Shown: positions 52,201-60,893 of the stretch, piece after piece
How the letters are laid out: every line of letters starts with the position of its first letter
How positions within the stretch are numbered: the first letter of the stretch is position 1
Assembly: GCA_963716255.1 (NCBI GenBank)
Contig: OY970303.1
Span: forward strand, 2,656,001-2,720,000
Direction: 5' to 3'
DNA: 64,000 nt
From: an uncultured Gemmatimonadales bacterium
Lineage (GTDB): Bacteria > Gemmatimonadota > Gemmatimonadetes > Longimicrobiales > Longimicrobiaceae
The notes under the pieces: model-generated
The model's input: only the letters and a program-made list of their open reading frames with translations
Databases searched by the model: none
Told to the model about the DNA's origin: nothing
Position numbers and translations under genes: made by a program

Positions 52201-52421
52201 ACAGCTTTCTCCGCGCGGGGGCGCCGGCCACGATAAGCACGCTGTGGGACGTGGACGACGGCACGACCAGGGAGCTGGTCGTCCGCTTCCACCGCCTGCT
52301 GGCCGCGGGGACGCCCGCGGCCGAAGCGCTGCGCCAGGCCCAGATCGAGGCGCTGAAGTCCGCGCAGGCGGAGCGAAGCGCACCGGAGTCATGGGCCGCG
52401 TTCATCTACACGGGACCCTGA
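49224..52421 (+). CDS. TPR-CHAT (caspase-like) protease with N-terminal hydrophobic anchor
   Basis: TPR-like helices (NDLAVAYL, LYNRALIL); CHAT motifs IVPDRELYRLPFAAL, LPGAAREA, IFHFSGHA (His), VVLSACSS (Cys), STLWDVDD, WAAF. Confidence 0.92.
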   Translation: MHPLTGRPVRLGLLAAAGLLLAYACLREPWASRRLTSMLLHERFTAGRLAGQEAWEPCVLTDADPLVPRTRCGRPPQADTTQARRVRDALRAAREEIQGGSSATTLRAGALLGLRSANASPAHLDSAVARLEQARRRKPRSPVILNDLAVAYLELGERDQQLMPMLRALDAIERAFARESTRPSILYNRALILQRLYMLASADLAWKRYLAVERDPTWRAEAEAHARRLEAAVDTVSWKSLLRSPPAHMNAGARADIAARVRRSPQAAREFGFPLLGEWGTALERGELARAARLLALAREIGAAARALGLDQSVSLAVSAIDAAAGDSLRLRELSRGHVELERGYGLYNQALEARAAPFFERAERALRAAGSPAARWAAFYGAAAALNNVKYANGDRRLRDLLAESELEEPALVGKTLWALGLSQLRRGSYESAGRLYRQATPYIVRAREAENEGAVAVLLAEDLTLAGRPTDGQAEAFRALRMLSPFRRSTYLNSQLTIVASYARSEGLGYAALAVADEMVGVAMGIERPKTKALALCARMRHLIALRRLAHAQADLEQATSWAEKIEPGPGGDRVRAQVQLALGQVTRIRDPRAAIPLLAKAVATYSSFGEELYLPTALYEAALAARAVGKRAQARSWLLRAIEHVERQRASFKGTEDRAAFYETVENVFDEMIGIEMEEGRPEAGFRMLERGRIHAWSAEGRQASSTDAGAIPASLAGIGASLPEDMLFVEYALLPESIVIWTASRRGTKHHTVRVPRESVAALVEEFRRGASVSSPASAAARARLFDLLVRPLGRELGGIRQLTIVPDRELYRLPFAALWDRRAGRYVVERYRVRTVPSAAFYVTAAAKETRGPAGAGSALVVGNPNLDPALASTLPRLPGAAREARVVAGLYPGSVRLSGPAARRDSVVKLMPAHSIFHFSGHAVFNADKPELSYLALAPDRSGTGGILSAREIGGLSLSNVKVVVLSACSSLSPRASRTGAIAGLAYSFLRAGAPATISTLWDVDDGTTRELVVRFHRLLAAGTPAAEALRQAQIEALKSAQAERSAPESWAAFIYTGP

Positions 52422-52451
52422 ACCGTCACCGCCATCCAAAGGAGCCGTGCC

Positions 52452-53375
52452 ATGCCGTTCAACCTGGAAGTGGAATTCTCGGGACTGTGCCTCTACGTGG
52501 TGAGCCAGAAGCTGGACTCCGACGGCAAGCCGGTGTTCGACGGTGAGAAGCCGGTGATCGAAAAGGTAGGCGTGCTGATGCCGGACGCCCGCAGGCGGAT
52601 GGGATTCGACCCCCCCAAGCACCTCGACGAGACTCTGGCGGAACCGCACGTAGGCTACATCCGGCTCAACCTGGCAAACCTCGTCCACGTGATCCCACCC
52701 GGGACCGACACCGATTACAGGGAGCGTCCGGAGTACGAGCTCCTCCACCGGTTCGACCGGCAGGTGCTCGACTTCGACGGCACATTCGAGGCCGGGACGA
52801 TGGAGGCATCGCTCCAGATCCCCGATCTGGGATGCATCTCGAAGAAGCTCAAGCGGATCCCGAAGCTCTTCGAGGCGGACCCGCCCCCGGAGCTCCTGAT
52901 GCGCACCGTGCTGGTAGGCGGGAACCTGCAATCCATGAAGGTTCCGGCGGAAGAGTGGATCATCCCAAGGCGGCTCGACCGCTGTCTCGATAAGCCCTAT
53001 GGGGGAAAGTTCGCCTCCTGGGTGAAGTGGACGCGCAGCGTGGTGTCGGAAACAGTGGAAGTGCGGATCACAGGCTTCGGGGCGACGGAGCCGCAGGCCA
53101 CGTTCTTACTGCGCCCGGCAGAGGGGGAGGACACGGTCTCGGTGAAGATCGCGAACCTGTGTGCGTACAATCCGCTCGAGTGGATGGAGATGAACCCTCG
53201 CAGGGTCGCCGGGCCCGATCTCGACTTCAAGTGGTTCTACAAGCTCGTGACGCCGGAAGTCCCGTACGCGGAGCTGCTCCAGGACGACAAGCTCCCCGTG
53301 CCCGAACCAACGGGAAACAGCCCGGTCACCGGGGCGGAGGATTGCATGCCGGCGAAGATCTCGGGCACCTTCTAG
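52452..53375 (+). CDS. Uncharacterised 307-aa protein directly downstream of CHAT
   Basis: AAGGAG RBS, 30 nt after the CHAT stop; no recognised domain and no signal peptide. Confidence 0.75.
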   Translation: MPFNLEVEFSGLCLYVVSQKLDSDGKPVFDGEKPVIEKVGVLMPDARRRMGFDPPKHLDETLAEPHVGYIRLNLANLVHVIPPGTDTDYRERPEYELLHRFDRQVLDFDGTFEAGTMEASLQIPDLGCISKKLKRIPKLFEADPPPELLMRTVLVGGNLQSMKVPAEEWIIPRRLDRCLDKPYGGKFASWVKWTRSVVSETVEVRITGFGATEPQATFLLRPAEGEDTVSVKIANLCAYNPLEWMEMNPRRVAGPDLDFKWFYKLVTPEVPYAELLQDDKLPVPEPTGNSPVTGAEDCMPAKISGTF

Positions 53376-53516
53376 CGAGCCGGGGGACGGCTGCACCGGC
53401 GCAAAGGAGCAGCCGTGCCCCCCGCAGGCGAAGGTGCCGGTGGAACGCACGCCCGACCGACGGCGAGGACCCGCCGCCTTGACACCGCCACTCCCGGCCA
53501 TGGGACCGACCAGATC

Positions 53517-54977
53517 ATGAACGATGACCGTACCAGCCGCTGCCTTGATGTTCTCCGTACCGCCCTCGGGGACGATGTCGCCCGCAAGGCGAGCGAAAAG
53601 TTCTGCGAGGCATTCATCCGTCCCCCTCCCGGCACACCCCTGGCGCCGGATGGATTCCCGCGCCTGATGCGCCTCGTCGTAGAGCTCACGCCCTTGCCGA
53701 AGGCACCGGCGGGGTGGCTCGACGCAAAGACCGCGGAGATCGCCGCACTCGCCGCGGTCGAAAGCATGCGGGCACCGGTGGTCGAGTATGCCGGCGGAGG
53801 CTCGTTTCCCGGCGCGACCGATCCGCTCACCCCGGCGGAGATCCTGCGTCGCAAGTGCGCGATCGAGACAAAGGCGCGAAGCGAGGAATACGCGGCTCCG
53901 ATTTTCGGCGCGCTGGCCCGCGCCACCGAAAAATCCATTCGCTCCCACCCGGACGGTGCGGCCGGATTTTACGAGCCGCCTGTGCAGTACTGCTGGATCA
54001 ACCAGACGTTTCCGATCTGGGTCGATCCCCGGGAGCTCGCCGCTGTGGCCGAGCACCCGCGCATCAGCCTGATCGACGTGCCGCGCGTGCTGGAGCCCCA
54101 GATGAAGGAAACGAGCAAGGTGCTGGGCGTACCCTCGTACCGCAAGAAGACCAAGCACACGGGAAAGGGGGTGAAGGTCGCAGTCATCGACTCGGAGGTG
54201 GCGCAGCTCACGTCGGTGTTCCAGAACCGTGTCTCTCGGCGGGTGGATTACACCGGCGAAGGGTGGGGCCATCCGGGCGAGCACGGAACGGCAGTCGCCG
54301 GGATCATCGCCGCCGATTCGAGCGTGGCACAGGGGATGGCCCCGGGAGCGGTCATCTTCAACTACAAGGTGTTCACAGGCGATGCGGTAGGGGATCCCCT
54401 GGATTCGCACGTGGAGATGGCGCTGCAGCAGGCCCTGGAGGACGGCGCCGCCATCGCGAACTGCTCGTGGAAGACCGACGCTTCCCCGAACGGCCAGTCG
54501 CGTGAAGCCCGAGCCTGCGACGCCGTGTGGGCATGCGGGATGGCGGTCGTGGCCGCGATGGGGAACAAGGGCGCAGACGGCGTCCCCGGGACCCTAACGT
54601 GTCCCGCGGACGCCAGGGGCGTGATCGCGGTGGGAGCTACGACGAGGGACGGGGTGGACGTGCCGCTCTACAGCGGCCAGGGCCCCTCCAAGGGCCAAAA
54701 GCCATGCCCGGACCTGGTCGCTCCCGGAGGCAACGACGCGGTGGAGATCCACAGCTTCCCCGTCGGCTTCCCTGGCAGCGGGTCGTTCGGGGAAAACGGG
54801 TGGGGAACCAGCCTCGCCGCCGCCCATGTCTCAGGAATACTCGCGCTGCTGCTGGAGGGCAATCCGGGGCTACTCCCCGACGATCAGCGCAAGCTGCTGA
54901 AGAGCATCTGCCGCAAGCTCGGCTTCTGGCCGACCAACGCGCAGGGGCACGGGATCCCCGACCTCACCAAGCTCTAG
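53517..54977 (+). CDS. S8 (subtilisin-like) serine protease with N-terminal extension
   Basis: Triad VAVIDS, HGTAVAG, GTSLAAAHVSG; oxyanion AAMGN; PDLVAPG. Confidence 0.9.
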   Translation: MNDDRTSRCLDVLRTALGDDVARKASEKFCEAFIRPPPGTPLAPDGFPRLMRLVVELTPLPKAPAGWLDAKTAEIAALAAVESMRAPVVEYAGGGSFPGATDPLTPAEILRRKCAIETKARSEEYAAPIFGALARATEKSIRSHPDGAAGFYEPPVQYCWINQTFPIWVDPRELAAVAEHPRISLIDVPRVLEPQMKETSKVLGVPSYRKKTKHTGKGVKVAVIDSEVAQLTSVFQNRVSRRVDYTGEGWGHPGEHGTAVAGIIAADSSVAQGMAPGAVIFNYKVFTGDAVGDPLDSHVEMALQQALEDGAAIANCSWKTDASPNGQSREARACDAVWACGMAVVAAMGNKGADGVPGTLTCPADARGVIAVGATTRDGVDVPLYSGQGPSKGQKPCPDLVAPGGNDAVEIHSFPVGFPGSGSFGENGWGTSLAAAHVSGILALLLEGNPGLLPDDQRKLLKSICRKLGFWPTNAQGHGIPDLTKL

Positions 54978-55225
54978 CTCGCCTCCGCTCCCAGCCGGCG
55001 CGGCTGGTCCGGCAGGAGGACCTCGGCGAGCCCGGCCGGGCCGGCGACGCGCTCGGCCGGGATGGGTCCGCACCGCGCGCCCCGCCGGAACCCACAAATT
55101 CTCCCGCCCGCGCGCCACCCCGGCGCCGGGCGGTTTTTCCGCATTGTACCACGAGGGTGCAAAATCCCGGGCGACCGGCTACATTGCCCGCGCACGGCCC
55201 GGAAACCTTCACCGTACTTCTTGGA

Positions 55226-58200
55226 ATGAGCATCTCGACAGGCATCGACGCGCCCGCCGCCGTGACGGTGGACGGGCTCTGCAGCCACCTGGAGCGCACC
55301 CGGCCGGGCGACACCGCCCTGCTATGCGCCTTTGCCCGGATCTTCTTCGCCAAGGTCCCGCGCGCCGTCCTGCAGGAGCGCAGCACGGAGGAGCTCGCCG
55401 CCCTCACCGTGGGCGCCTTCCGCTTCGTGCAGGGTGCCCGCCCCGACGAGGTCAACGTGGAGGTCCTGGACCCCGAGCAGGAGGGGTGGAGCGCCCCGGT
55501 CACGACCATCCGCGCCCAGGTGGTGGACCGCCCCTTCATCGTGGACACCATCCGCGAGTACCTGACCTCTCAGGAGATCGCCATCCACCACTTCGTGTAC
55601 CCGGTGCTGGGGATCCAGCGCGGGCCGGAGGGCGACGTGGAGGCGGTGGGCCGCGCGGACGAGGGCACCACGGCCGAGGCCCTGGTGCACTGCGAGGTGG
55701 AGCGCCTCCCCGCCGACCGGCACGCCCAGGTGCGCGCCGAGATCGAGCGGCGGCTCACCGACGTGGTGGTGGCCACCGCCGACTTCGACGAGATGCTGGA
55801 AGCGGTGGACCGGGTGGCGGAGGCGGTGGAGGGATACGCCGCCGGTCTCCCCGACCACGCCGCCGACCTCCAGGAAGCGCGTCAGTTCCTCTGCTGGCTC
55901 AAGGACGGCAACTTCGTGTTCCTGGGGTACCGCGGCTACGACATCGTGGGCGAGCAGGGCGGGCGCGCGGTGCAGGTGGAGGGGGGATCGGGGCTGGGGA
56001 TCCTCCGCGACGAGCGCCCCTCGCGCTACACCACCCCGGTGCCGCTGGACGACCTCCCGGGCGACCTGCGCCGCCGCGTGGTGGACGGGCCCGTCCTCAT
56101 CATCAACAAAGCCGAGTCCGAGTCCACCGTGCACCGCCGCGCGCGCATGGACTACATCGGCGTCAAGAAGCTGGACTCCGCCGGGAACGTGGTGGGCGAG
56201 CAGCGCTTCCTGGGGCTCTTCACCTCCAAGGCGTACGCCGAGCACGCCGAGTCCATCCCCATCCTCCGGCAGAAGCTGGCGCAGGTCCTCGCCGCGTCGG
56301 GCACCCGCCCCGGGACGCACGACTACAAGGAGATGATCACCATCTTCAACTCGATGCCCAAGGAAGAGCTCTTCCAGGCGTCGGCGGCGGAGCTGGAAGA
56401 GGAGGTGCAGACCGTCCTCACCCTGCTGTTCACGGACGAGGTGCGGGTGATCGTGCGGCCCGACCGCCTGCGCGAGGGCGCCAGCGTGATGGTGATCCTG
56501 CCGCGCGGCCGGTACAGCGGCGAGGTGCGGCGCGTGGTGCAGGGCGCGGTCACCCGCATGCTGGGCGGCACGGTGGTGCACTACTACCTGGCGATGAGCG
56601 CCGGCGACCAGGCGCGGCTGCACTTCTACGTGTCCGCGCCGGAGCGGGACGTGGAAGCGGTGGACCCGCGCGACCTGGAGCGCGAGATCTCGCAGCTGGT
56701 GCGCACCTGGGAGGACCGCCTGCGCGAGGGGCTGGGCGGCGCCGGCGAGGGGACCGAGCTGGCCGACCTGTACGCCCCGGCGTTCAGCGAGGAGTACCGC
56801 GCCGCCAACACCCCGGCCGCGGCGGCGCACGACGTGGTGCAGATGGAGCGCATGCGCCGCGAGGAGCGGCAGGCGGGGGTCGCGCTGCGGAACGCGCCCG
56901 GCGAGCGCTCCGAGGTGGGGCCGGCCACCGTGCTCAAGCTGTACCTGCGCGGGCAGCGGCTGGTGCTCTCCGACTTCATGCCCATCCTGGAGGACGCCGG
57001 GATCCGGGTGGTCGAGATCGACACCTTCGGGGTGGGCGGCGGGGATCTCCCGCGCTCCATGATCTACTCGTTCCTGGTGCAGTCGCGCGACGGCACGCCG
57101 ATCCCGGAGGACAGCTTCGGGGTCCTGTCCGAGATGCTGCTGGCGGTGTGGTCCGGCGACGCTCCCCAGGATCCCTTCAACGCCCTGGTGCTCGGAGCCG
57201 GGCTGCGCTGGCGCGAGGTGGACGTGCTGCGCACCTACGCCAACTACGCCACGCAGATCGGCGCCATCCCCACCCGTACGGCCTCGTCGCGCGCGCTCGC
57301 CAACTACCCCGGGGTCGCGGGCCAGCTCTTCCGCTACTTCGCCGCGCGCTTCGACCCGGCGGCGACCGCCCCGCCCCGCAAGCAGGAATCGCTGCTCGCC
57401 GGGATCACCCGCGAGCTGGAGAAGGTTTCCTCGCTGGCCGACGACCGGGCGCTGCGGCGGCTGGCCGGGCTGGTGGCGGGCACGGTGCGCACCAGCTACT
57501 ACCGCGGCGGCGGCGCGGACCCCACGCGGCGCAGCGGCGGGGTGCCGTACGTGTCCGTCAAGGTGCGCTCGGCCGACGTGGAGGAGCTGAAGAAGTCGCG
57601 CCTGCTGTACGAGGTGTACGTCCGCTCCTCGCGCATGGAGGGGATCCACCTGCGCGGCGCGCCGGTGTCGCGCGGCGGCATCCGCTGGTCCGACCGCCCG
57701 GACGACTTCCGCACCGAGGTGCTGGGGCTGGTTACCACCCAGGTGGTCAAGAACGCCACCATCGTCCCCTCGGGCTCCAAGGGCGGCTTCATCACCAAGC
57801 GCGTCTTCGCCGACCGCGACCAGATGGGGCAGGAAGCGGCGGAGCAGTACCGCACCCTGATGCGCGGCCTGCTGGACCTGACCGACAACTTCGTGGAGGG
57901 GAGGGTGGCGCCCCCGCCCGACGTGGTCCGCTACGACGGCGACGACCCCTACCTGGTGGTGGCCGCCGACAAGGGGACCGCGCACCTTTCCGACGTGGCC
58001 AACGCGGTGGCGGCGGAGTACGGCTTCTGGCTGGGCGACGCCTTCGCCTCCGGCGGGAGCCAGGGCTACGACCACAAGGAAGAGGGGATCACCGCCCGCG
58101 GCGCCTGGGAGTGCGTCAAGCGCCACTTCCGCGAGATGGGCAAGGACATCCAGTCGGAGCCCTTCACCGTCGTCGGCATCGGCGACATGAGCGGCGACGT

Positions 58201-60067
58201 CTTCGGCAACGGGATGCTGCTGTCGCGGCAGATCCGCCTGCTCGCCGCCTTCGACCACCGGCACGTGTTCCTGGACCCGGACCCCGACCCGGCGGCCAGC
58301 TTCGCGGAGCGGGAGCGGATGTTCGCGCTCCCCCGCTCCTCCTGGGAGGACTACGACCGGAGTCTGCTCTCGCCCGGCGGGATGATCGTCCCCCGCGCCA
58401 GCAAGGAGGTGAAGCTCACCCCCGAGGCGCGCGCCGCCCTGGGGCTGCCGGACGACGTGGCGAGCCTGGACGGCGAAGGGCTGATCCGCGCGGTGCTGCG
58501 CGCCCCCGTGGAGCTGCTGTGGAACGGCGGCATCGGCACCTACTTCAAGCACCCGGACGAGACGCACGCGGAGGCGGGCGACACCTCCAACGACCCCGTG
58601 CGCGTGGACGCGGACGAGCTGCGCTGCAAGGTGGTGGGCGAGGGCGGCAACCTGGGCTTCACGCAGCGGGCGCGCATCGAGTACGCGCTGCGCGGCGGGC
58701 GCATCAACACCGACGCGCTGGACAACTCCGCCGGCGTGGACATGTCGGACCACGAAGTCAACCTCAAGATCCTCCTGAACCGGGTGGTGCGCGACGGCGA
58801 CCTCGCGGAGGAGGGGCGCAACGCGCTCCTGGAGGAGATGACGGACGAGGTGTCCGCCCTGGTGCTGCGCAACAACGTGGGCCAGTCGCTGGCGGTGTCG
58901 CTGGACGAGGCGCGCAGCCGCGAGGCGCTGGACGACTTCGCGGCGCTGGTGCTGGCGCTGGAGCGCGACGGACGCCTGGACCGCACGGCGGAGGGGCTCC
59001 CCACCACCGAGACGATGATGGAGCAGGCGCAGAGCGGGCAGGGCCTCACCCGCCCCACGCTCGCGGTGCTGCTGGCCCACGCCAAGCTGTACGCCAAGAG
59101 CAACCTGCTGGCCTCGGCGCTCCCGGACGACCCGGCGATGGAGTCGTACCTGGTAGGGTACTTCCCGCCGCAGGCGGTGGAGGCCGCCGGGCCGGAGCGG
59201 CTGCGCGCGCACCAGCTTCGCCGCGAGATCGTGACCACCGAGCTGGTCAACGACCTGGTGAACCTGATGGGCTCGTCGTTCCTGCACCGGGTGGCGCGGG
59301 AAACGGGGAGCGGGCTGGACGCGGTGGTGCGGGCGTGGACCATCGCCAGCCGGATCTCGGGCGCGGAGGAGATCCGCGCGGACCTGGCCGATGCGGAGAC
59401 GCGCTTCCCCACGGCCGTGGTGTACCGCTGGGGGATGGGGCTGGCGCGGGTCCTGGAGGCCACCACGCACTGGATCCTCGCCAACGTCCCGGCGGAGGCG
59501 GCCACCGCGGCGGCGGCCGAGGAGCTGCGCGAGGGGCTGGCCCGCCTGCGCGGCGACTTCGCGGCCACGGTCACCGGCGAGGACCGCAAGATCTTCCTGG
59601 CGCGGCTGGGCGAGCTCCAGGACCTGGGCGTGGAGCGGACGCTGGGCGAGCGGCTCATCACCCTGCGCTTCCTCCCGCAGCTGCTGGACATCCTGCACAC
59701 CGCGCAGGGCGGCGGGGCGGACCCGGTGGAGACGGCCCGCGCCTACTACCGGGTGTCGGAGCGCTTCGCCACCGCGGAGCTGCGCCAGACGCTGCTGCGG
59801 ATGGCCGGCGACAGCGCCTGGGACAAGCGCTACGCCGCGGCCATGTCCGACGACGTGGGCCGGGCGCAGCGCAGCATCGTGCAGGCGGCGCTGCGCGACG
59901 GCGGCACCGGCGACGGGGTGGACGCCGCGCTGGACGAGTTCACCCGGCGGCACGCCCGCGAGGTGCAGGCGTACCGGGATCTCCTGGAGGACCTGCGCGC
60001 CGACGAGCGGGCGACGCTCGCGGGGTGGGCGCTGGCCGCGCGGACTTTGCGGGGGATCGCGGGGTAA
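55226..60067 (+). CDS. gdhB: Large NAD-specific glutamate dehydrogenase
   Basis: ~1610 aa; GGIRWSDRPDDFRTEVLGL, VKNA.IVP.GSKGGF, DPYLVVAADKGTA, GIGDMSGDVFGNG, GEGGNLG, DNSAGVD.SDHEVN. Confidence 0.95.
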   Translation: MSISTGIDAPAAVTVDGLCSHLERTRPGDTALLCAFARIFFAKVPRAVLQERSTEELAALTVGAFRFVQGARPDEVNVEVLDPEQEGWSAPVTTIRAQVVDRPFIVDTIREYLTSQEIAIHHFVYPVLGIQRGPEGDVEAVGRADEGTTAEALVHCEVERLPADRHAQVRAEIERRLTDVVVATADFDEMLEAVDRVAEAVEGYAAGLPDHAADLQEARQFLCWLKDGNFVFLGYRGYDIVGEQGGRAVQVEGGSGLGILRDERPSRYTTPVPLDDLPGDLRRRVVDGPVLIINKAESESTVHRRARMDYIGVKKLDSAGNVVGEQRFLGLFTSKAYAEHAESIPILRQKLAQVLAASGTRPGTHDYKEMITIFNSMPKEELFQASAAELEEEVQTVLTLLFTDEVRVIVRPDRLREGASVMVILPRGRYSGEVRRVVQGAVTRMLGGTVVHYYLAMSAGDQARLHFYVSAPERDVEAVDPRDLEREISQLVRTWEDRLREGLGGAGEGTELADLYAPAFSEEYRAANTPAAAAHDVVQMERMRREERQAGVALRNAPGERSEVGPATVLKLYLRGQRLVLSDFMPILEDAGIRVVEIDTFGVGGGDLPRSMIYSFLVQSRDGTPIPEDSFGVLSEMLLAVWSGDAPQDPFNALVLGAGLRWREVDVLRTYANYATQIGAIPTRTASSRALANYPGVAGQLFRYFAARFDPAATAPPRKQESLLAGITRELEKVSSLADDRALRRLAGLVAGTVRTSYYRGGGADPTRRSGGVPYVSVKVRSADVEELKKSRLLYEVYVRSSRMEGIHLRGAPVSRGGIRWSDRPDDFRTEVLGLVTTQVVKNATIVPSGSKGGFITKRVFADRDQMGQEAAEQYRTLMRGLLDLTDNFVEGRVAPPPDVVRYDGDDPYLVVAADKGTAHLSDVANAVAAEYGFWLGDAFASGGSQGYDHKEEGITARGAWECVKRHFREMGKDIQSEPFTVVGIGDMSGDVFGNGMLLSRQIRLLAAFDHRHVFLDPDPDPAASFAERERMFALPRSSWEDYDRSLLSPGGMIVPRASKEVKLTPEARAALGLPDDVASLDGEGLIRAVLRAPVELLWNGGIGTYFKHPDETHAEAGDTSNDPVRVDADELRCKVVGEGGNLGFTQRARIEYALRGGRINTDALDNSAGVDMSDHEVNLKILLNRVVRDGDLAEEGRNALLEEMTDEVSALVLRNNVGQSLAVSLDEARSREALDDFAALVLALERDGRLDRTAEGLPTTETMMEQAQSGQGLTRPTLAVLLAHAKLYAKSNLLASALPDDPAMESYLVGYFPPQAVEAAGPERLRAHQLRREIVTTELVNDLVNLMGSSFLHRVARETGSGLDAVVRAWTIASRISGAEEIRADLADAETRFPTAVVYRWGMGLARVLEATTHWILANVPAEAATAAAAEELREGLARLRGDFAATVTGEDRKIFLARLGELQDLGVERTLGERLITLRFLPQLLDILHTAQGGGADPVETARAYYRVSERFATAELRQTLLRMAGDSAWDKRYAAAMSDDVGRAQRSIVQAALRDGGTGDGVDAALDEFTRRHAREVQAYRDLLEDLRADERATLAGWALAARTLRGIAG

Positions 60068-60106
60068 GGCGTTGCGGCGGTTCTGAACGGCAACGGCTTT
60101 ACGACA

Positions 60107-60240
60107 GGGTTCGGGCGTGCCCCCGGCTGGCGCCGGGGTCGGGCTTCGGCTCCGTAAGCGAGCAAACAACGCTCGCTAACGGAGTCGAGCCCCGGCAAAC
60201 TGCGCCGGGTCTCGCCCCTTCGGGCCGGAATCCCTCACGC
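60107..60240 (+). repeat. Family-1 structured intergenic repeat, copy 9
   Basis: Consensus match; variable stem AGCGAGC/GCTCGCT. Confidence 0.95.
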
Positions 60241-60843
60241 GGGCGGCGGAGGCGGAGCGTGCGACGATTGGGGTGAGCCCCGCCGGACCTGTCCGGTGGG
60301 GCTCGCTTTTGCTATGCTCCTCCGGCACCCGAGCGTCGCCCAGGCGCTCCCTCCCGCGACGCCGAAGGGAGCGACCACCGGCACGCCCGCAGCCCATCCC
60401 CCCGCAACGCCCACGAGCGCCCCCGCGCCCGCTCCGAGCAGCGCGCGTCCGAAACGGTCCAGGTACGTGCACCCGTCCCCCATCTCCGGAATCGCGGCGA
60501 ACACCGCCGTCCCCACCACCGCGCCCGCCACCCCGCCGAGGAGCGCCGGCACGAGCCCGGGGTCTTCGCAGCCGGTGCAGTGCGGGAAGGCCGCGTACGA
60601 CGCCGCGCCCACGCCCAGCGCTCCCGCCACCATCCCCAGCCCGCCGAGCCCCGCCCGCGCGATGAAGCGATCGCCGCGGCCGGATGGCCGCGCCGACGAA
60701 TCGGCAGCGGCCTGGCTGGTGGACAGAGCGCCCTCCGACCCGTAGGCGGCCTCCACGGCGGGGAAGGCCGCGTCGGCGCGGAGCTGCGCGTGGGCGGGAG
60801 CGGCGAGGAGCGCCACCGCGACGGCGAGCAGAAAGAATCGCAT
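60235..60843 (-). CDS. Hypothetical secreted/membrane Gly-Ala-rich protein
   Basis: Signal peptide ending AHA, glycine-zipper-like segments; stop codon falls inside repeat copy 9. Confidence 0.6.
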   Translation of the reverse strand: MRFFLLAVAVALLAAPAHAQLRADAAFPAVEAAYGSEGALSTSQAAADSSARPSGRGDRFIARAGLGGLGMVAGALGVGAASYAAFPHCTGCEDPGLVPALLGGVAGAVVGTAVFAAIPEMGDGCTYLDRFGRALLGAGAGALVGVAGGWAAGVPVVAPFGVAGGSAWATLGCRRSIAKASPTGQVRRGSPQSSHAPPPPPA

Positions 60844-60893
60844 GAAGCCGGTTCCGGGGTGCGGAGAAAAGGCGGACGTGTGAATCCGAGGGG

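Noticed and set aside
52452..53375. Calling the orphan a bacterial gasdermin
   Set aside because: Size and context are suggestive, but no gasdermin sequence features were recognised; kept only as a test in the findings.
55144..60276. Very long alternative-frame and antisense ORFs over gdh (1710 aa, 1615 aa)
   Set aside because: Shadow ORFs caused by high GC3 codon bias; Arg/Gly/Pro-rich or antisense-typical composition with no motifs.
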